Positions 9,787 to 20,554 are shown, numbered from the stretch's first letter. The stretch: DNA of 64,000 nucleotides from Bdellovibrionales bacterium (GCA_031370005.1 JANMPT010000025.1:1-64000), one strand, 5' to 3'. Numbers and translations: made by a program. The notes: generated by a model not told the origin, from the sequence alone.

Positions 9787-11841
9787 TTAGAGTAGGTTCA
9801 TGGGGTCTACATCGAGTAGGATTTTTACTCCTGTCGGTAGCCAGTCTTCCTTGCCCATCGTTTGTCGGGCAAAGGTGTTGATGACTCCCGCCAGGGGCCC
9901 TTTGAGAAGTAGGTGAAAACGAAATTGTCCGCGGAGCTTTGCAAGAGGAGCTTCTGCGGGGCCTAAGATTTCAACGAGTTCGTATTGAGTAAACTGTGCT
10001 TTCAAAGTCAGGGCTCTTTTAGCCAAAAGTCGGGCGGCATCTTGGACGGCACGAAGATGATTTCCTTGAATCCGAAAACCGATGAGCTTTCCACTTGGGG
10101 GATAGTTTAGCTGTGCGCGATTGTTGAGCTCATATTGAGCAAAGCCTTCGAAGTCATGTTTTTGGGCAAACACGAGGCTTTCATGTTCTGGATTAAAAGT
10201 TTGAATGATCACGGTGCCGGGGCTTTCGCCATCTTTAATGTGGCGGCCCGAACGACCGCTCATTTGGGTGATTAGCTGAAAGCTTCTTTCTGTTGCTCTG
10301 AAGTCAGGTAAGTTAAAGCCTACATCCGCAAGAACAAGACCCACGAGTTTTAATTTTTGGAAATCGAGACCCTTGGCAATCATTTGAGTGCCGACGAGAA
10401 TATCAATGGATCCGTTTTCCATTTCTGAAATCAGATTTTCTAGATCAGCACGGTTTTGAATTTCATCACGATCAGCGCGGGCAATGTTTTTTCCCGGAAA
10501 AAGATTTGTAAGATCTTTTTCTAAAAGTTCGGTTCCAAGCCCCATGGCCTCAAGGTGTCCCTCGGCGCAGTCAGGGCACTTGTCTTTGAGACTTTCATGG
10601 TAGTCACAATAGTGACACACCAAATGAGAATGATGATGCAAGGTTAAGTTGATATCGCAGTTGGGGCACTCTCGCGTATGCCCGCAGGCAGGACATATCA
10701 CCATTTGTGCAACACCACGACGATTCAAAAACAGTGCGCTTTGATCACCGTTCGCAAGAGTCGCCGTCATTTTATCAAACAGCAGAGGACTCATCCAAAA
10801 GGGAAGGCTTGGATACTTTTCTTGTTTTAATTTCTGAGCCTCTTCGGAGGCTTTCTCATTACGGAGATCAACCACAATCATGTCTGGCAATGAGCGATTG
10901 GCCACGCGATTTTTTAGAGTGTGAAGATGATATTTTGATTCCGTTGCATTTTTCCAGGTCTCAAGACTTGGCGTTGCAGAACCAAGTACGATTGGGCAAT
11001 CAGCTTGTTTTGCCAACATCACGGCCGCGTCACGCCCGTGGTATTTGAGTTTTTCATCTTGTTTGTAGCTAGGCTCGTGTTCTTCGTCGACAATAATCAG
11101 GCCTAAGTTTTGAATGGGACAAAACAGTGCTGAGCGTGCCCCAATCAGGATTGATTTTCGTCCCTCAATAATATCCCACCACTGGCTGGTGCGTTCACGA
11201 TCCGTAAGCTGAGAGTGAAGAGCGGCGATCTTGTCGCCAAAGCGCCGGACAAAACGGTGGATAAGCTGTGGAGTTAGGGAAATCTCCGGAACTAGAACCA
11301 GCCCAGATTTCCCTTGCTCGAGAGTTTTCTCAAGTAAGCGCAAATAGATTTCGGTTTTACCAGAGCCAGTAACCCCAAAAACCAAATGGGTCGAGAATTT
11401 TTTAAAATTCGCAATGTTTTCAAAAGTGGACTTTTGCTCTGGAGTCATCTCAGGCGGGATGTCGGCATCAATATTTGGGATCACCGGAGGACGTGAAGAT
11501 TTGCGTACTTTTTGAACTTTACTCAGTGGTGGATAAGCAAGCTGGATGACTTGACCAATGGGGTGAATATAGTAGTTTGCGAGCCACTCAAGCCATTTGA
11601 TAAAGTGCTCTGGCAGAATTGGATATTCTGCATCCAAACTTTTTACTGGTTTTATTTTAATTTCCGGACTGAGTGTATCTGTTGAGGGGCCAAGAACAAG
11701 TCCCTTGGCGGAACGTTTACCGAGAGGAACATTCACCAACTGACCTCTTTGTAGAGCCGACATCTCTGGGGCTTGCAGGTAGGTCAGGGCCTCTGGAAGT
11801 GGGGCATCAACAGCGATCTTCCAGAGAGGCTGATCGGTCAT
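9787..11841 (-). CDS. priA: Primosomal protein N' helicase
   Basis: GVTGSGKTE, DEEH, SATPS, four CxxC, GTQMIAKGLDF. Confidence 0.97.
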   Translation of the reverse strand: MTDQPLWKIAVDAPLPEALTYLQAPEMSALQRGQLVNVPLGKRSAKGLVLGPSTDTLSPEIKIKPVKSLDAEYPILPEHFIKWLEWLANYYIHPIGQVIQLAYPPLSKVQKVRKSSRPPVIPNIDADIPPEMTPEQKSTFENIANFKKFSTHLVFGVTGSGKTEIYLRLLEKTLEQGKSGLVLVPEISLTPQLIHRFVRRFGDKIAALHSQLTDRERTSQWWDIIEGRKSILIGARSALFCPIQNLGLIIVDEEHEPSYKQDEKLKYHGRDAAVMLAKQADCPIVLGSATPSLETWKNATESKYHLHTLKNRVANRSLPDMIVVDLRNEKASEEAQKLKQEKYPSLPFWMSPLLFDKMTATLANGDQSALFLNRRGVAQMVICPACGHTRECPNCDINLTLHHHSHLVCHYCDYHESLKDKCPDCAEGHLEAMGLGTELLEKDLTNLFPGKNIARADRDEIQNRADLENLISEMENGSIDILVGTQMIAKGLDFQKLKLVGLVLADVGFNLPDFRATERSFQLITQMSGRSGRHIKDGESPGTVIIQTFNPEHESLVFAQKHDFEGFAQYELNNRAQLNYPPSGKLIGFRIQGNHLRAVQDAARLLAKRALTLKAQFTQYELVEILGPAEAPLAKLRGQFRFHLLLKGPLAGVINTFARQTMGKEDWLPTGVKILLDVDPMNLL

Positions 11842-12674
11842 CGAAACCTCGAATAGAAGTCAATGACAGCCTCTTTTGCGGGCTGATTGTTAAGACCATC
11901 AAGCTTTGTCATTGTATCTAATGAGCTCGGTTGAAACGTACTTGCTGGAGTTTTGCCACGATGAGCGGTTACGCCAATCAAACGAATGCTTACAGTATTT
12001 TGACCCCAACGAATAGTACGAACTTTTGGATAGTTTAAGCCGCGGGCATACTGGTTGTAATTGTCTGCGGTGACCTCCACTTGGCTTGGCAAGCGAAACT
12101 TGCGTATTAAAAACTGATCTTGTTCAATCCAAAACCCTGGATTTCCAGCGCCGTCTAAGGCAGAGGCTGTGCCAAAGGCATAATTTGGCACGCCACCCGC
12201 GCGGGAAAGGCGGACGAAATCTTCTGGTTCATACTTGAGGTTTTCAAGATTTTTTGGCAGAGGTTTTTTAGCCAAGGCATTTGTTGGTATAACTTTTAAG
12301 TTCATCAAAGCGCCTGCTAATTGATCGATAGTGCGAAAATTAAAATATTTTTCCAAAAAATCATCAGAGATGCGACGGCTCTCGCGCGCGCCATTTAGAC
12401 TCCAACGTTGTCCTCCAGAGTAAACAAACTGCATTTTGATTTGATCCTTCAGGTCCTTTGTGCCAGTAACAGTCACGCGCATAGTGTGATCATTTTCAAT
12501 TACCCAAGTTTCTTTTAAAAACAAAGAGTCTTGAATGTTATTGAATTGAACCTCTTGTTCAATTGTATAAACACCAGAGCCGCTGTTCTCAGCTGTTCTT
12601 TGTAAAATCATAGAGGTCGGCGGAATATAGGCAAACACAGGAGTGAGTAACAGCAATAAAACATTTATAATCAT
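11838..12674 (-). CDS. Secreted hypothetical protein (possibly LolA-like fold)
   Basis: Signal peptide; coupled between galU and priA. Confidence 0.65.
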   Translation of the reverse strand: MIINVLLLLLTPVFAYIPPTSMILQRTAENSGSGVYTIEQEVQFNNIQDSLFLKETWVIENDHTMRVTVTGTKDLKDQIKMQFVYSGGQRWSLNGARESRRISDDFLEKYFNFRTIDQLAGALMNLKVIPTNALAKKPLPKNLENLKYEPEDFVRLSRAGGVPNYAFGTASALDGAGNPGFWIEQDQFLIRKFRLPSQVEVTADNYNQYARGLNYPKVRTIRWGQNTVSIRLIGVTAHRGKTPASTFQPSSLDTMTKLDGLNNQPAKEAVIDFYSRFR

Positions 12675-13570
12675 AGAAGAAATCCATTCTTAATTTTTTC
12701 AGACATTTGTAGGATATATTCTTGAAGTTCTGCTTGCAATTCAGGATTGCGTAGGCCGAGCTCAATATTTGCTTGAAGATAGCCCAACTTATCGCCGGCA
12801 TCAAAACGGTCAGCCTTAAACGTCATGGCGTTGAGGCCCATTTTGTCGCAAAGGATCTTCATGCTGTCGGTGAGTTGAATTTCTCCGCCCAAGGAGGGCT
12901 TAGCATGTTGAAGAATCTCCATGATCGCACCATCGAAAACATAGCGGCCAGACAGCGCCCAACGGCTTTTGGTTTCAAAAGGTTTTGGTTTTTCCACTAA
13001 AGAACTGACTTTGAAAAAACCTGGCTTTTGCTCAATGGTCTCAGCAATTCCGTATTTTGAGACATCTTTTTCAGCAACCTCCATGATTGCTATAGTAGAA
13101 GTATTAGTATCATTAAAAGATTCTACTAATTGAGCTGTGACGTTTGGCTCACCATGGAAGCCCATTGTTATTTCATCTCCCAAAAGAACGGCAAAAGGCT
13201 CTTTGCCGACAATTGGAAGACCGCAAAGAACGGCATGGCCAAGGCCCAAGGCTTGTTTTTGCCGAATACTGATAATATTGGCCATATTGCGAATCTTTGT
13301 CAGACGCTCAAGCAAATGGCTTTTGCCATCTTTCTCCAGACGATCCTCAAGCTCGTAAGAGGTGTCGAAAAAGTCCTCAATGGCGTGTTTGCCACGACCT
13401 GCGATAAGAATAATATCCTCGATGCCAGCCTTTACGGCCTCTTCTACAACATACAGGATGATCGGAGCATCAACTATCGTGAGCATTTCTTTAGGGACAG
13501 ATTTAGTGGCGGGAAGGAAACGAGTTCCTAAGCCTGCGGCGGGGATAATTGCTTTTTTAATTTTAGCCAT
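12671..13570 (-). CDS. galU: UTP--glucose-1-phosphate uridylyltransferase
   Basis: PAAGLGTRFLPATKSVPKEM, LGLGHAV, VEKP, GEIQLTD. Confidence 0.97.
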   Translation of the reverse strand: MAKIKKAIIPAAGLGTRFLPATKSVPKEMLTIVDAPIILYVVEEAVKAGIEDIILIAGRGKHAIEDFFDTSYELEDRLEKDGKSHLLERLTKIRNMANIISIRQKQALGLGHAVLCGLPIVGKEPFAVLLGDEITMGFHGEPNVTAQLVESFNDTNTSTIAIMEVAEKDVSKYGIAETIEQKPGFFKVSSLVEKPKPFETKSRWALSGRYVFDGAIMEILQHAKPSLGGEIQLTDSMKILCDKMGLNAMTFKADRFDAGDKLGYLQANIELGLRNPELQAELQEYILQMSEKIKNGFLL

Positions 13571-13705
13571 GTTAAATAAATCTCAAACGTTTCATTCTAA
13601 GACAAGCCCTAAACTTCCATAGGTAACTTTGACTTAAAATGAAATAATTCTTTGCATTTAGACAAGATTTAAGACGGAATGTGTTAGTCTGTTTTTGGGG
13701 GAACT

Positions 13706-14998
13706 ATGAAGGCCGATGTTCGTAGTCATCTGTTAAAGTCCATTTCCGCTGTGCTTGCAGTGGGAGCACTTGTTTTTGCCTTCCAAAACTGCGGAAAAGC
13801 GGGATTCGATAATGCGTTGAGTGATGCCTCAATCACCACATCAAGCAAAGACAGCGCAGCGCCTTTTGCCTACAGTGCAAGCTTCGATCAAATCACATAT
13901 AATTCTTGTTTTGGGCTGGGTCTGAGCACAAACCCTGCTTATTTCACTCTGAAGGCGGGTTCCTACGATAGTGGTGGTGTCAACCTGACTGCTAATTTTT
14001 TAAATTATGTAAGAGCCAACTTAAAGCCCGCGTATCCTTCCACAGAAGTGACAGTGGAGCAGATGAAATCCTTTGTTGGAGAAACAGTAGAGAATGCCTC
14101 TCCAACTTTACAGATGGCTCTGCGCACTCGCGGCGCTCCGCAACAAGTTCGTAATCCTAGTGGCTCCAATCCGAGCCTTAATACAGACTTTGTGAATTTA
14201 ATGTCAGATCTTACGGATGATCGCATCATGGAGCCTATCTTTAGGGCCCTGGGCGGCGTCGTGAGGTACTTTCCGCTTGCAATAAACCAAACGCAACGAG
14301 TGATGGAAGCAAAACTTACTTACAATAATGATGAGGGTGTTGCGTACAGTTTGCGTAATGACCTTTCAAACAATGGTATGTTGGCTCTGACCTATACAGG
14401 GCCTTCCGGAAGCTCCGCCTTCTCTGCGAGAGTTCCAGCAAGTGCATCAACAAAAAATAGTGCCGGCGCCACAGTGACAGACACAACTGTAGCCTATGGT
14501 CGTGGTTACAATTTAACTTTCGCGGCAGACATCGCCCCAATGACGCAAAGTCTTCATCAGGGCTCAACGGTGGCACCGAACTCACGCAATCCGAATAATA
14601 TTCTCGTCGGCATTCAAGAGACTGATTTGGAAAACCCATCAGCGGCCACTGGTGCTGTGTGGAGCTGCAATCAGTCTCGACGCTATGTTATTGTAAAAGC
14701 GGAAGACTCTGCAAGCTACTGCCCGGCAGACCCAGTGGATCGCATGGCCGATGCGACGTATCGCCGCGAGCTTGAAATTATTCGTCGTCATTTGCCAGCG
14801 GAGCAATGGAACGTGAGTGTTGATCGTCATTGCGTGGTTCCGAAATCAGGATCTTGTTACAAAAATGTAGGTGGTACGGCCGAAGAGCCCGTGGAGTACG
14901 ATCAGACACTTGTGTGCTATCAGGGCATTCAAGGCTTGTCGGACGCAACAGTTACAAAACGTTGCGCCCAATACATCACGGTTTGTCTACGTAATTAA
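13706..14998 (+). CDS. Bdellovibrio-type FQNC lipoprotein, Cys-rich C-terminus
   Basis: AFQNC lipobox variant; long ORF with RBS. Confidence 0.7.
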   Translation: MKADVRSHLLKSISAVLAVGALVFAFQNCGKAGFDNALSDASITTSSKDSAAPFAYSASFDQITYNSCFGLGLSTNPAYFTLKAGSYDSGGVNLTANFLNYVRANLKPAYPSTEVTVEQMKSFVGETVENASPTLQMALRTRGAPQQVRNPSGSNPSLNTDFVNLMSDLTDDRIMEPIFRALGGVVRYFPLAINQTQRVMEAKLTYNNDEGVAYSLRNDLSNNGMLALTYTGPSGSSAFSARVPASASTKNSAGATVTDTTVAYGRGYNLTFAADIAPMTQSLHQGSTVAPNSRNPNNILVGIQETDLENPSAATGAVWSCNQSRRYVIVKAEDSASYCPADPVDRMADATYRRELEIIRRHLPAEQWNVSVDRHCVVPKSGSCYKNVGGTAEEPVEYDQTLVCYQGIQGLSDATVTKRCAQYITVCLRN

Positions 14999-15013
14999 AT
15001 ACAATCAAGTCAT

Positions 15014-16126
15014 TTAGAACTGAGCAACTTTCCTGTGCAATAAGTTTTCTGCAAAAATGGGATATGGCCGCAGAAACTTGAGTGGATCCACCATGCGTCC
15101 TTTTTGCCTTATGGCAAAATGCAAATGAGCCTTTGTGCAATAGCCAGTGCAGCCGACCTCGCCAAGCTGTTCTCCAGCAAGAAGTTTTACTCCACGACGA
15201 ATTTTGGAATCCACGCGCTTCATGTGATTGTAAGAGGTTTCAACGCCTTTGGAGTGTAAAAGCACCACATAGTTTCCTGCTGCGCGGTTCTTACCATAGC
15301 GGATCACAATACCTGTGCGGGCTGCATAGATTGGCGACCCCTCGGGCATTTCAAAATCAATACCTAGATGAGGCTGGATTCTTTTAGTAATTGGATGACG
15401 GCGATTGGGTTGAAAAAGGCTTGCGACACGTATGTAAGAAACTGGAGAGTAAAATGGACGATTTTTAATTAGATCACTTTCAGCAATGAAAACCCCGCCA
15501 TCACCACTTAGTTTCACAAAACTTTTTTGTATGTTGCGTCCGTGAATTACTAATGAGGTTTGCAAGACCTCCCCGTAACGAATGAAGTAAGGACCGTCAT
15601 ATTTTTTTTCTACGGTAAGCCAGAACTTAGCCCCTCGATCAAGACTGCGGTTCAAATTATAGTCCATAATATAGGCGTCCATAAAGCGCGACGCCACCCA
15701 GTTGCTATTTATTTTTTCTAAAATGCTAGACATCAGCGAGCCGCGCACGCGGCCCTCCACTCTAGCAATAGTGGTTCTAAAGACGGCGCGGGCAGTTTTT
15801 GCCTGGATTGCTTTTCCATTCTTTGTAATCACAAACACCAGGCCTTTGTTTGGATCATAGAAGCGTATTTCGGTATGCCCGGCCTGTTGTTTTATAAGAT
15901 AACCCACATCCAATTGTAGATAAAGATGCTGAAGCCCTGGGAGCAGGGAAAGAACCCGGCCACGTTCGGCATCGCTAAACTGATGTGATCTAAGTAACGA
16001 GAGAACATTGTCACCGATTTGTACCTTTTTTGCGATAAAGCCATTGGCTCCGGCAAAAGCTCTTTGGTAGGATAACAACGAAAAAACAATCCAACTCGTG
16101 TATATGAAACGATAGAGGTACTTCAA
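15014..16126 (-). CDS. M23 family metallopeptidase (peptidoglycan DD-endopeptidase)
   Basis: HLGIDF, YNHM, HLHF motifs; start uncertain. Confidence 0.92.
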   Translation of the reverse strand: MKYLYRFIYTSWIVFSLLSYQRAFAGANGFIAKKVQIGDNVLSLLRSHQFSDAERGRVLSLLPGLQHLYLQLDVGYLIKQQAGHTEIRFYDPNKGLVFVITKNGKAIQAKTARAVFRTTIARVEGRVRGSLMSSILEKINSNWVASRFMDAYIMDYNLNRSLDRGAKFWLTVEKKYDGPYFIRYGEVLQTSLVIHGRNIQKSFVKLSGDGGVFIAESDLIKNRPFYSPVSYIRVASLFQPNRRHPITKRIQPHLGIDFEMPEGSPIYAARTGIVIRYGKNRAAGNYVVLLHSKGVETSYNHMKRVDSKIRRGVKLLAGEQLGEVGCTGYCTKAHLHFAIRQKGRMVDPLKFLRPYPIFAENLLHRKVAQF

Positions 16127-16971
16127 TGCTCAATCCTTTAAAGGTGTTAAAACATCCTGTTTTAATAAGTTTTTATTTTATATCGAGTTTGGCTCATGCC
16201 CAAATTTTTTCTAGTGCCGCTACCGATGGAGTTGCCGGCGCGGGCCGGGCGGCAGTCGAGGCCGGGGACGTCAACTACTTGAATCCAGCGGGATTAGTGC
16301 ACCTGAAGAATCGCTATATATACTCCACATTTAGTAAAGAAGATCTATCCTTAAGTCTGAGCGAGGCCTCTCGAGAGGTCGTGGTTCCGGCAAGCCTATC
16401 GTACTTTCAGCGAAAAACTACGGATAAGCTTCAGCGCGAAATCCGCTGGCAAGATACGAGATTATCGCTAGCGGATTTCATTACCGACAAATTGTCTATG
16501 GGGCTTACGGGAATTCTAAGTTCCGTGAAAATTAATGATCTGAATTACAATCAGACCAATGGTAATTTAGGATTCTTTTTTACTCCGACGGATAAGTTTG
16601 GATTGGGATATGTATTTTATAATATTTTCGGAACGAATGAAAACGTTCCGGAGGAGTCTCGCCTTCAGCAGAAAATGGGGGCAGGATTAAATTATATTTA
16701 TAAGGGTTTTTTGCGGTATCGTTTGGACGTCCTCACGGCGAACAACAATAACTTTGGAAAGTCTGCGTATATGACCGGGATTGAGACCTTGTTAAATGAG
16801 TGGATGATTTTTCGTTTGGGTTATCAAAATGATATTTTAGCAGAACGAGAGCTTATTACGGAAGGGTTTGGCTTCAATGGGCCGGTTTTTTCTTTGAATT
16901 ACTCCCACCAAGGGTCAATAAAGGGCGTTAATTTCGACCGCCATTCCGTTGACTTGTTGTTTTCCTTTTGA
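16126..16971 (+). CDS. Putative outer-membrane beta-barrel protein
   Basis: Signal AHA, YLNPAG plug motif (FadL/PorV-like), alternating strands, terminal Phe. Confidence 0.65.
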   Translation: MLNPLKVLKHPVLISFYFISSLAHAQIFSSAATDGVAGAGRAAVEAGDVNYLNPAGLVHLKNRYIYSTFSKEDLSLSLSEASREVVVPASLSYFQRKTTDKLQREIRWQDTRLSLADFITDKLSMGLTGILSSVKINDLNYNQTNGNLGFFFTPTDKFGLGYVFYNIFGTNENVPEESRLQQKMGAGLNYIYKGFLRYRLDVLTANNNNFGKSAYMTGIETLLNEWMIFRLGYQNDILAERELITEGFGFNGPVFSLNYSHQGSIKGVNFDRHSVDLLFSF

Positions 16972-17005
16972 TATCTAACACCACTCGTTAAAATTGGGAG
17001 AGAAT

Positions 17006-17134
17006 ATGGCTTCTAAAACAAAAAAGACTGAACACATTCGTAAGAGAAAAAAAGCAACTAGCGGGACAAAGCGCAAAGCAGCTCTTCGAAACAAAGGCAC
17101 CACCAAATCTGCAAAAGTACTTTTTAAAGACTAA
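17006..17134 (+). CDS. Small highly basic protein (42 aa), absent from ORF track
   Basis: GGGAGAG RBS, then MASKTKKTEHIRKRKKATSGTKRKAALRNKGTTKSAKVLFKD*. Confidence 0.65.
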   Translation: MASKTKKTEHIRKRKKATSGTKRKAALRNKGTTKSAKVLFKD

Positions 17135-17152
17135 GATGCTGATTTTATTAAA

Positions 17153-18247
17153 TTATTTATGAACGCTGCGGAGTTGGCCGCCGGCTTCCATGGCCTCACC
17201 AGTTAATGCCCATTTAAAGGGCATTTCCACCCATCCTTCTTGTCCTGGATAGAATTTCCATTTTTTAAGGGCCCCGAGTGTTTTTGCATCTAAATTGCGA
17301 TAGCCAGAGGACTTGCCCAACTTAAAGTTAGAGAGTGCACCGTCCTTATTTACATAAGCATAAAACATGGCTTTGCCCTCTTGGCGAGCCAAGCGCTCTT
17401 CTTTGCCATATTGCGGAAACTTATTCCCAGGTCTTTGGCGAAGTTGCTCTAATGAGCGGACTCCGCCGGGGATGCCAGCGACCGCCTTTGTCGCCTTTGG
17501 CGAGCCGCTGTTACCTGTGCCTTCGCCGGCTTGGGCGGCACCAGCTTTATCCTTATCAGCGGCCGCTTTTTCCGAAGCAAGTGCCGCAGAAATAGCAGCG
17601 GCATCTTGAGCACGACGTTTTGCTGTTGCCTCAGCTAAAACTTTGGATTCATCTTGAGTTTCCTTTTCGACCTCACTAAGGACCTCGTCGCTTTCGGTAA
17701 GTGCTTTGTCCGCATCCTCGTCAATAGATTTTTTAGCAACGGCGAGAGCCTTATGCTGATCTTGATCTACCTTTTCGAAGTCTTCTTGCAAATCCTTTTC
17801 ATCCAGTTGGGTGATGGCGACTTCACCAGAGTCTGATGTTTCTAAAGCTGGAGTTTGAATATCATCCAAGGTCTCAGGCAAGGCTTCCGTCTCAGGCAAT
17901 GCTTCCGGCAATGCCGCTGGCGAAACTTTTGAAACCACAGCAGCCTTCGCAAGGGAAGGTTTTTTAGCTGCGATGACTTTTGCCGGAGCGGCGCCCTTGG
18001 TTTGGGGTAGCGGTGCTCCCTGCGGAATTGCTTGGGCTTGAGTAGGCGTCGAGCTGCTTTCGACCTCAAATTCAACAAGTTCCTTTTTTGGAAACTCAAT
18101 AGGTGGAGTGCTCATTAAAATAAGACTAGCAAGCATTGCTCCATGCAAAAGCACAGACAACGACATGAATCTGCCCGCTTTGACTTCCGTCATATTCAAT
18201 GGCGCGATATCCTCAAACTCATAATTTTTTATGCCTTTGAACTCCAT
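17153..18247 (-). CDS. TonB family energy transducer
   Basis: SVLLH TM motif, Pro/Ala/acidic linker, TonB_C (EG...SSG...LD...A.KKWKF.P). Confidence 0.85.
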   Translation of the reverse strand: MEFKGIKNYEFEDIAPLNMTEVKAGRFMSLSVLLHGAMLASLILMSTPPIEFPKKELVEFEVESSSTPTQAQAIPQGAPLPQTKGAAPAKVIAAKKPSLAKAAVVSKVSPAALPEALPETEALPETLDDIQTPALETSDSGEVAITQLDEKDLQEDFEKVDQDQHKALAVAKKSIDEDADKALTESDEVLSEVEKETQDESKVLAEATAKRRAQDAAAISAALASEKAAADKDKAGAAQAGEGTGNSGSPKATKAVAGIPGGVRSLEQLRQRPGNKFPQYGKEERLARQEGKAMFYAYVNKDGALSNFKLGKSSGYRNLDAKTLGALKKWKFYPGQEGWVEMPFKWALTGEAMEAGGQLRSVHK

Positions 18248-18303
18248 ATGGACTCCATAAATTTAGTTGGCGTGAGAAGCTTTTTCCCTGTGAGGAGATG
18301 AAG

Positions 18304-18319
18304 AGCAAAGAGCCTGCCA
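18304..18319 (-). promoter_or_regulatory. Sigma-54 (-24/-12) promoter for the TonB gene
   Basis: TGGCAGGCTCTTTGCT on minus strand (GG-N10-GC). Confidence 0.65.
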
Positions 18320-18430
18320 GAGTTTTTTGCTGGCCTTTGCCCATTGCTTATACTTGAGACCGGTGGGCTGTTTCATTTTTTGTCAGTCTTGGAATGTTTA
18401 TGAAGGATTTACAAAGGGCGGCCTTTTAAG

Positions 18431-19537
18431 CTAAGCCTCAATAAGTCCAGGAGGCACATCGCCTTTTGCAAGTGCCTGTGCGATTGTTTGATGTTCCACA
18501 CAACCAATAATTTTTAATGCATCTTCAAGTGGCATTGGCTTCGGATTTGGAATTTTATTTTTCTTTAGTTCCAAGATATGTTTATAGCTTGCTTCTAAAT
18601 ATTCTGTCTTCAATTGGCCGTGAGCGTGGGCTTCGGCCAAAGCTTCAAGGGCTCTAGGCGGAGAAAGTGGTTCATTGCAATAGAGAAGAAGATCTGCGCC
18701 CGCCTGTAATGCTCTGACCGGGATTAGTTTTCGATCATAATGCTTTGCCATGGCATTCATGTCGAGGTCATCAGTAATGATCAAGCCACGATAGCGACAT
18801 TGTTCTCGCAGAATTTTCTTTAGGAAAGTCTCTGATAGAGTCACCGGCCACTCCGGATCAATATTTTTAAATAGAATGTGGGCCGTCATAACCATATCCA
18901 CGCGGGATTTGAAAGTGCGTTTAAATGGGATAAGCTCAAGTCCGTCGAGCCTTTGCATATCAAGATCTTCAGTGGGAAGATCTTCATGACTATCGATGAT
19001 AGTATTGCCGTGGCCGGGGAAGTGCTTAGCACAAGAGATGATGTTAGATTTAATATAGCCACGAACCAGAGCCGAGGCATGTTTAGCCACCATCTCTGGG
19101 TCACTACCGATAGAGCGGTCACCTATCACGGTGTTTTTTGGGTTTGTAAAGACATCCACGCAGGGAGCAAAATCTAAGTTGATACCGACAGCGTTGAGTT
19201 CAAGACCCATTTTATTTGAAAAATGAAAGGTCGCCGTCGCATTATCGAGATCGCCCAAAGTTTTAAGCGGCGGCCAAAGCGTGAAGGGCGCCTTAAGCCT
19301 TGCGACACGGCCGCCCTCCATATCAATTCCAATAAAGAGTGGGGTTTTATCGGGCAGCTGGTGGTGAAGCGATTGTATCTCGGAACAAAGGGCATGAATT
19401 TGCCTTGGTTCGGAAACATTTCTGCCAAAAAGAACAACTCCACCGATGTTGTTATTTACAATAAATTTTTTCTCATCAGCAGTGAGTGCGTGGCCCGAGA
19501 CTCCAATGATCATGTGTTGGCCGATGAGTTTATTCAT
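18431..19537 (-). CDS. nagZ: Beta-N-acetylhexosaminidase (GH3)
   Basis: IDMEGGRVAR, KHFPGHG..IDSH, ITDDLDM. Confidence 0.93.
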   Translation of the reverse strand: MNKLIGQHMIIGVSGHALTADEKKFIVNNNIGGVVLFGRNVSEPRQIHALCSEIQSLHHQLPDKTPLFIGIDMEGGRVARLKAPFTLWPPLKTLGDLDNATATFHFSNKMGLELNAVGINLDFAPCVDVFTNPKNTVIGDRSIGSDPEMVAKHASALVRGYIKSNIISCAKHFPGHGNTIIDSHEDLPTEDLDMQRLDGLELIPFKRTFKSRVDMVMTAHILFKNIDPEWPVTLSETFLKKILREQCRYRGLIITDDLDMNAMAKHYDRKLIPVRALQAGADLLLYCNEPLSPPRALEALAEAHAHGQLKTEYLEASYKHILELKKNKIPNPKPMPLEDALKIIGCVEHQTIAQALAKGDVPPGLIEA

Positions 19538-19555
19538 TTAATGAGCCCTCTCTTC

Positions 19556-20425
19556 TTATTTTCCATCTGAATGTGGTGTTGATTCTGACTTAAGCTGAAT
19601 TCCCTGACCTTGGGGAATTCCCTGTTGCTTTCCGGGGTTGGTAGGTCGAATGTTTACGCTTTTTGAAATCATATTGGTTTTTCCAAGTGGGACCTCACCA
19701 AACAAGCTTTTCAGAATTCCAGCACTTACTGGAAAGCCTGCTGTTGCTTGAGCTGGGTCAGCTACAAGCTCTGTAGAAACACCTTGGGCCACTGAGCTTG
19801 TGCCCAGGACTTCGCCGCGCTCGTTAACAAAACTCACAAAGCGGACATCTTTGAATTTGTTTTGCACTTTAAAGGCCTTAAGTCCTAGATAGGCCTCTTC
19901 CTTGCCGACGGAAGCCTGACCTTTGTAAACCGCAGCGTCCTCCTCTGCGATGGCTTGATAGTCATAGTTAGAATCCGTTTTTAGGCCATCTTTACTTTTC
20001 AACATTAAATAAACTAGAAAGGTGCTAAGAAAAGTTCCTTTTGGAAAGTCTTTGCGAATGGTTTGGGTTTTACCTCCAGACTTTACTTGGGCATTCATTT
20101 TTAATCCCAAGAATTTAGCATCAATGGTTTTCGTTTCTTTGCCGACGATACTTGTATAGGCATAGGAAATAGGCGCAAGGTCGGCAGTGGAAAAGGCTTT
20201 GAGGCTTTCGGTAATTTCAGCCCCTTGACCTGAGGTTTTTAAGAAATAAGTAGAAATAAATTTTTTACTTTTTGCATCGAATTCATATTTTGAAATCGTA
20301 TAACCAATAGGGGAGCCATTTGAAAGAATTTTTGCATAACCCTCAAAGAGGACTTCCGCTTGAGCAACGGAAAATGAAAAGACGCAAACTGTAGAGATTA
20401 GTTTTAACAAACCGCTGTGGACCAT
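19556..20425 (-). CDS. Secreted hypothetical protein
   Basis: AQA signal peptide, AGGAGG RBS. Confidence 0.7.
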   Translation of the reverse strand: MVHSGLLKLISTVCVFSFSVAQAEVLFEGYAKILSNGSPIGYTISKYEFDAKSKKFISTYFLKTSGQGAEITESLKAFSTADLAPISYAYTSIVGKETKTIDAKFLGLKMNAQVKSGGKTQTIRKDFPKGTFLSTFLVYLMLKSKDGLKTDSNYDYQAIAEEDAAVYKGQASVGKEEAYLGLKAFKVQNKFKDVRFVSFVNERGEVLGTSSVAQGVSTELVADPAQATAGFPVSAGILKSLFGEVPLGKTNMISKSVNIRPTNPGKQQGIPQGQGIQLKSESTPHSDGK

Positions 20426-20554
20426 AGTCTAGAGCCTCCTTGATATCACGGATAAAAGTCTTACTTGGCTGTTCTATGTTGTCAAAGAGTTCAAGGTCGA
20501 GTTCTCAACGGAAGTTGCCCGAGAACAAAGAATCAGTGACAATAAAAGCGCACG

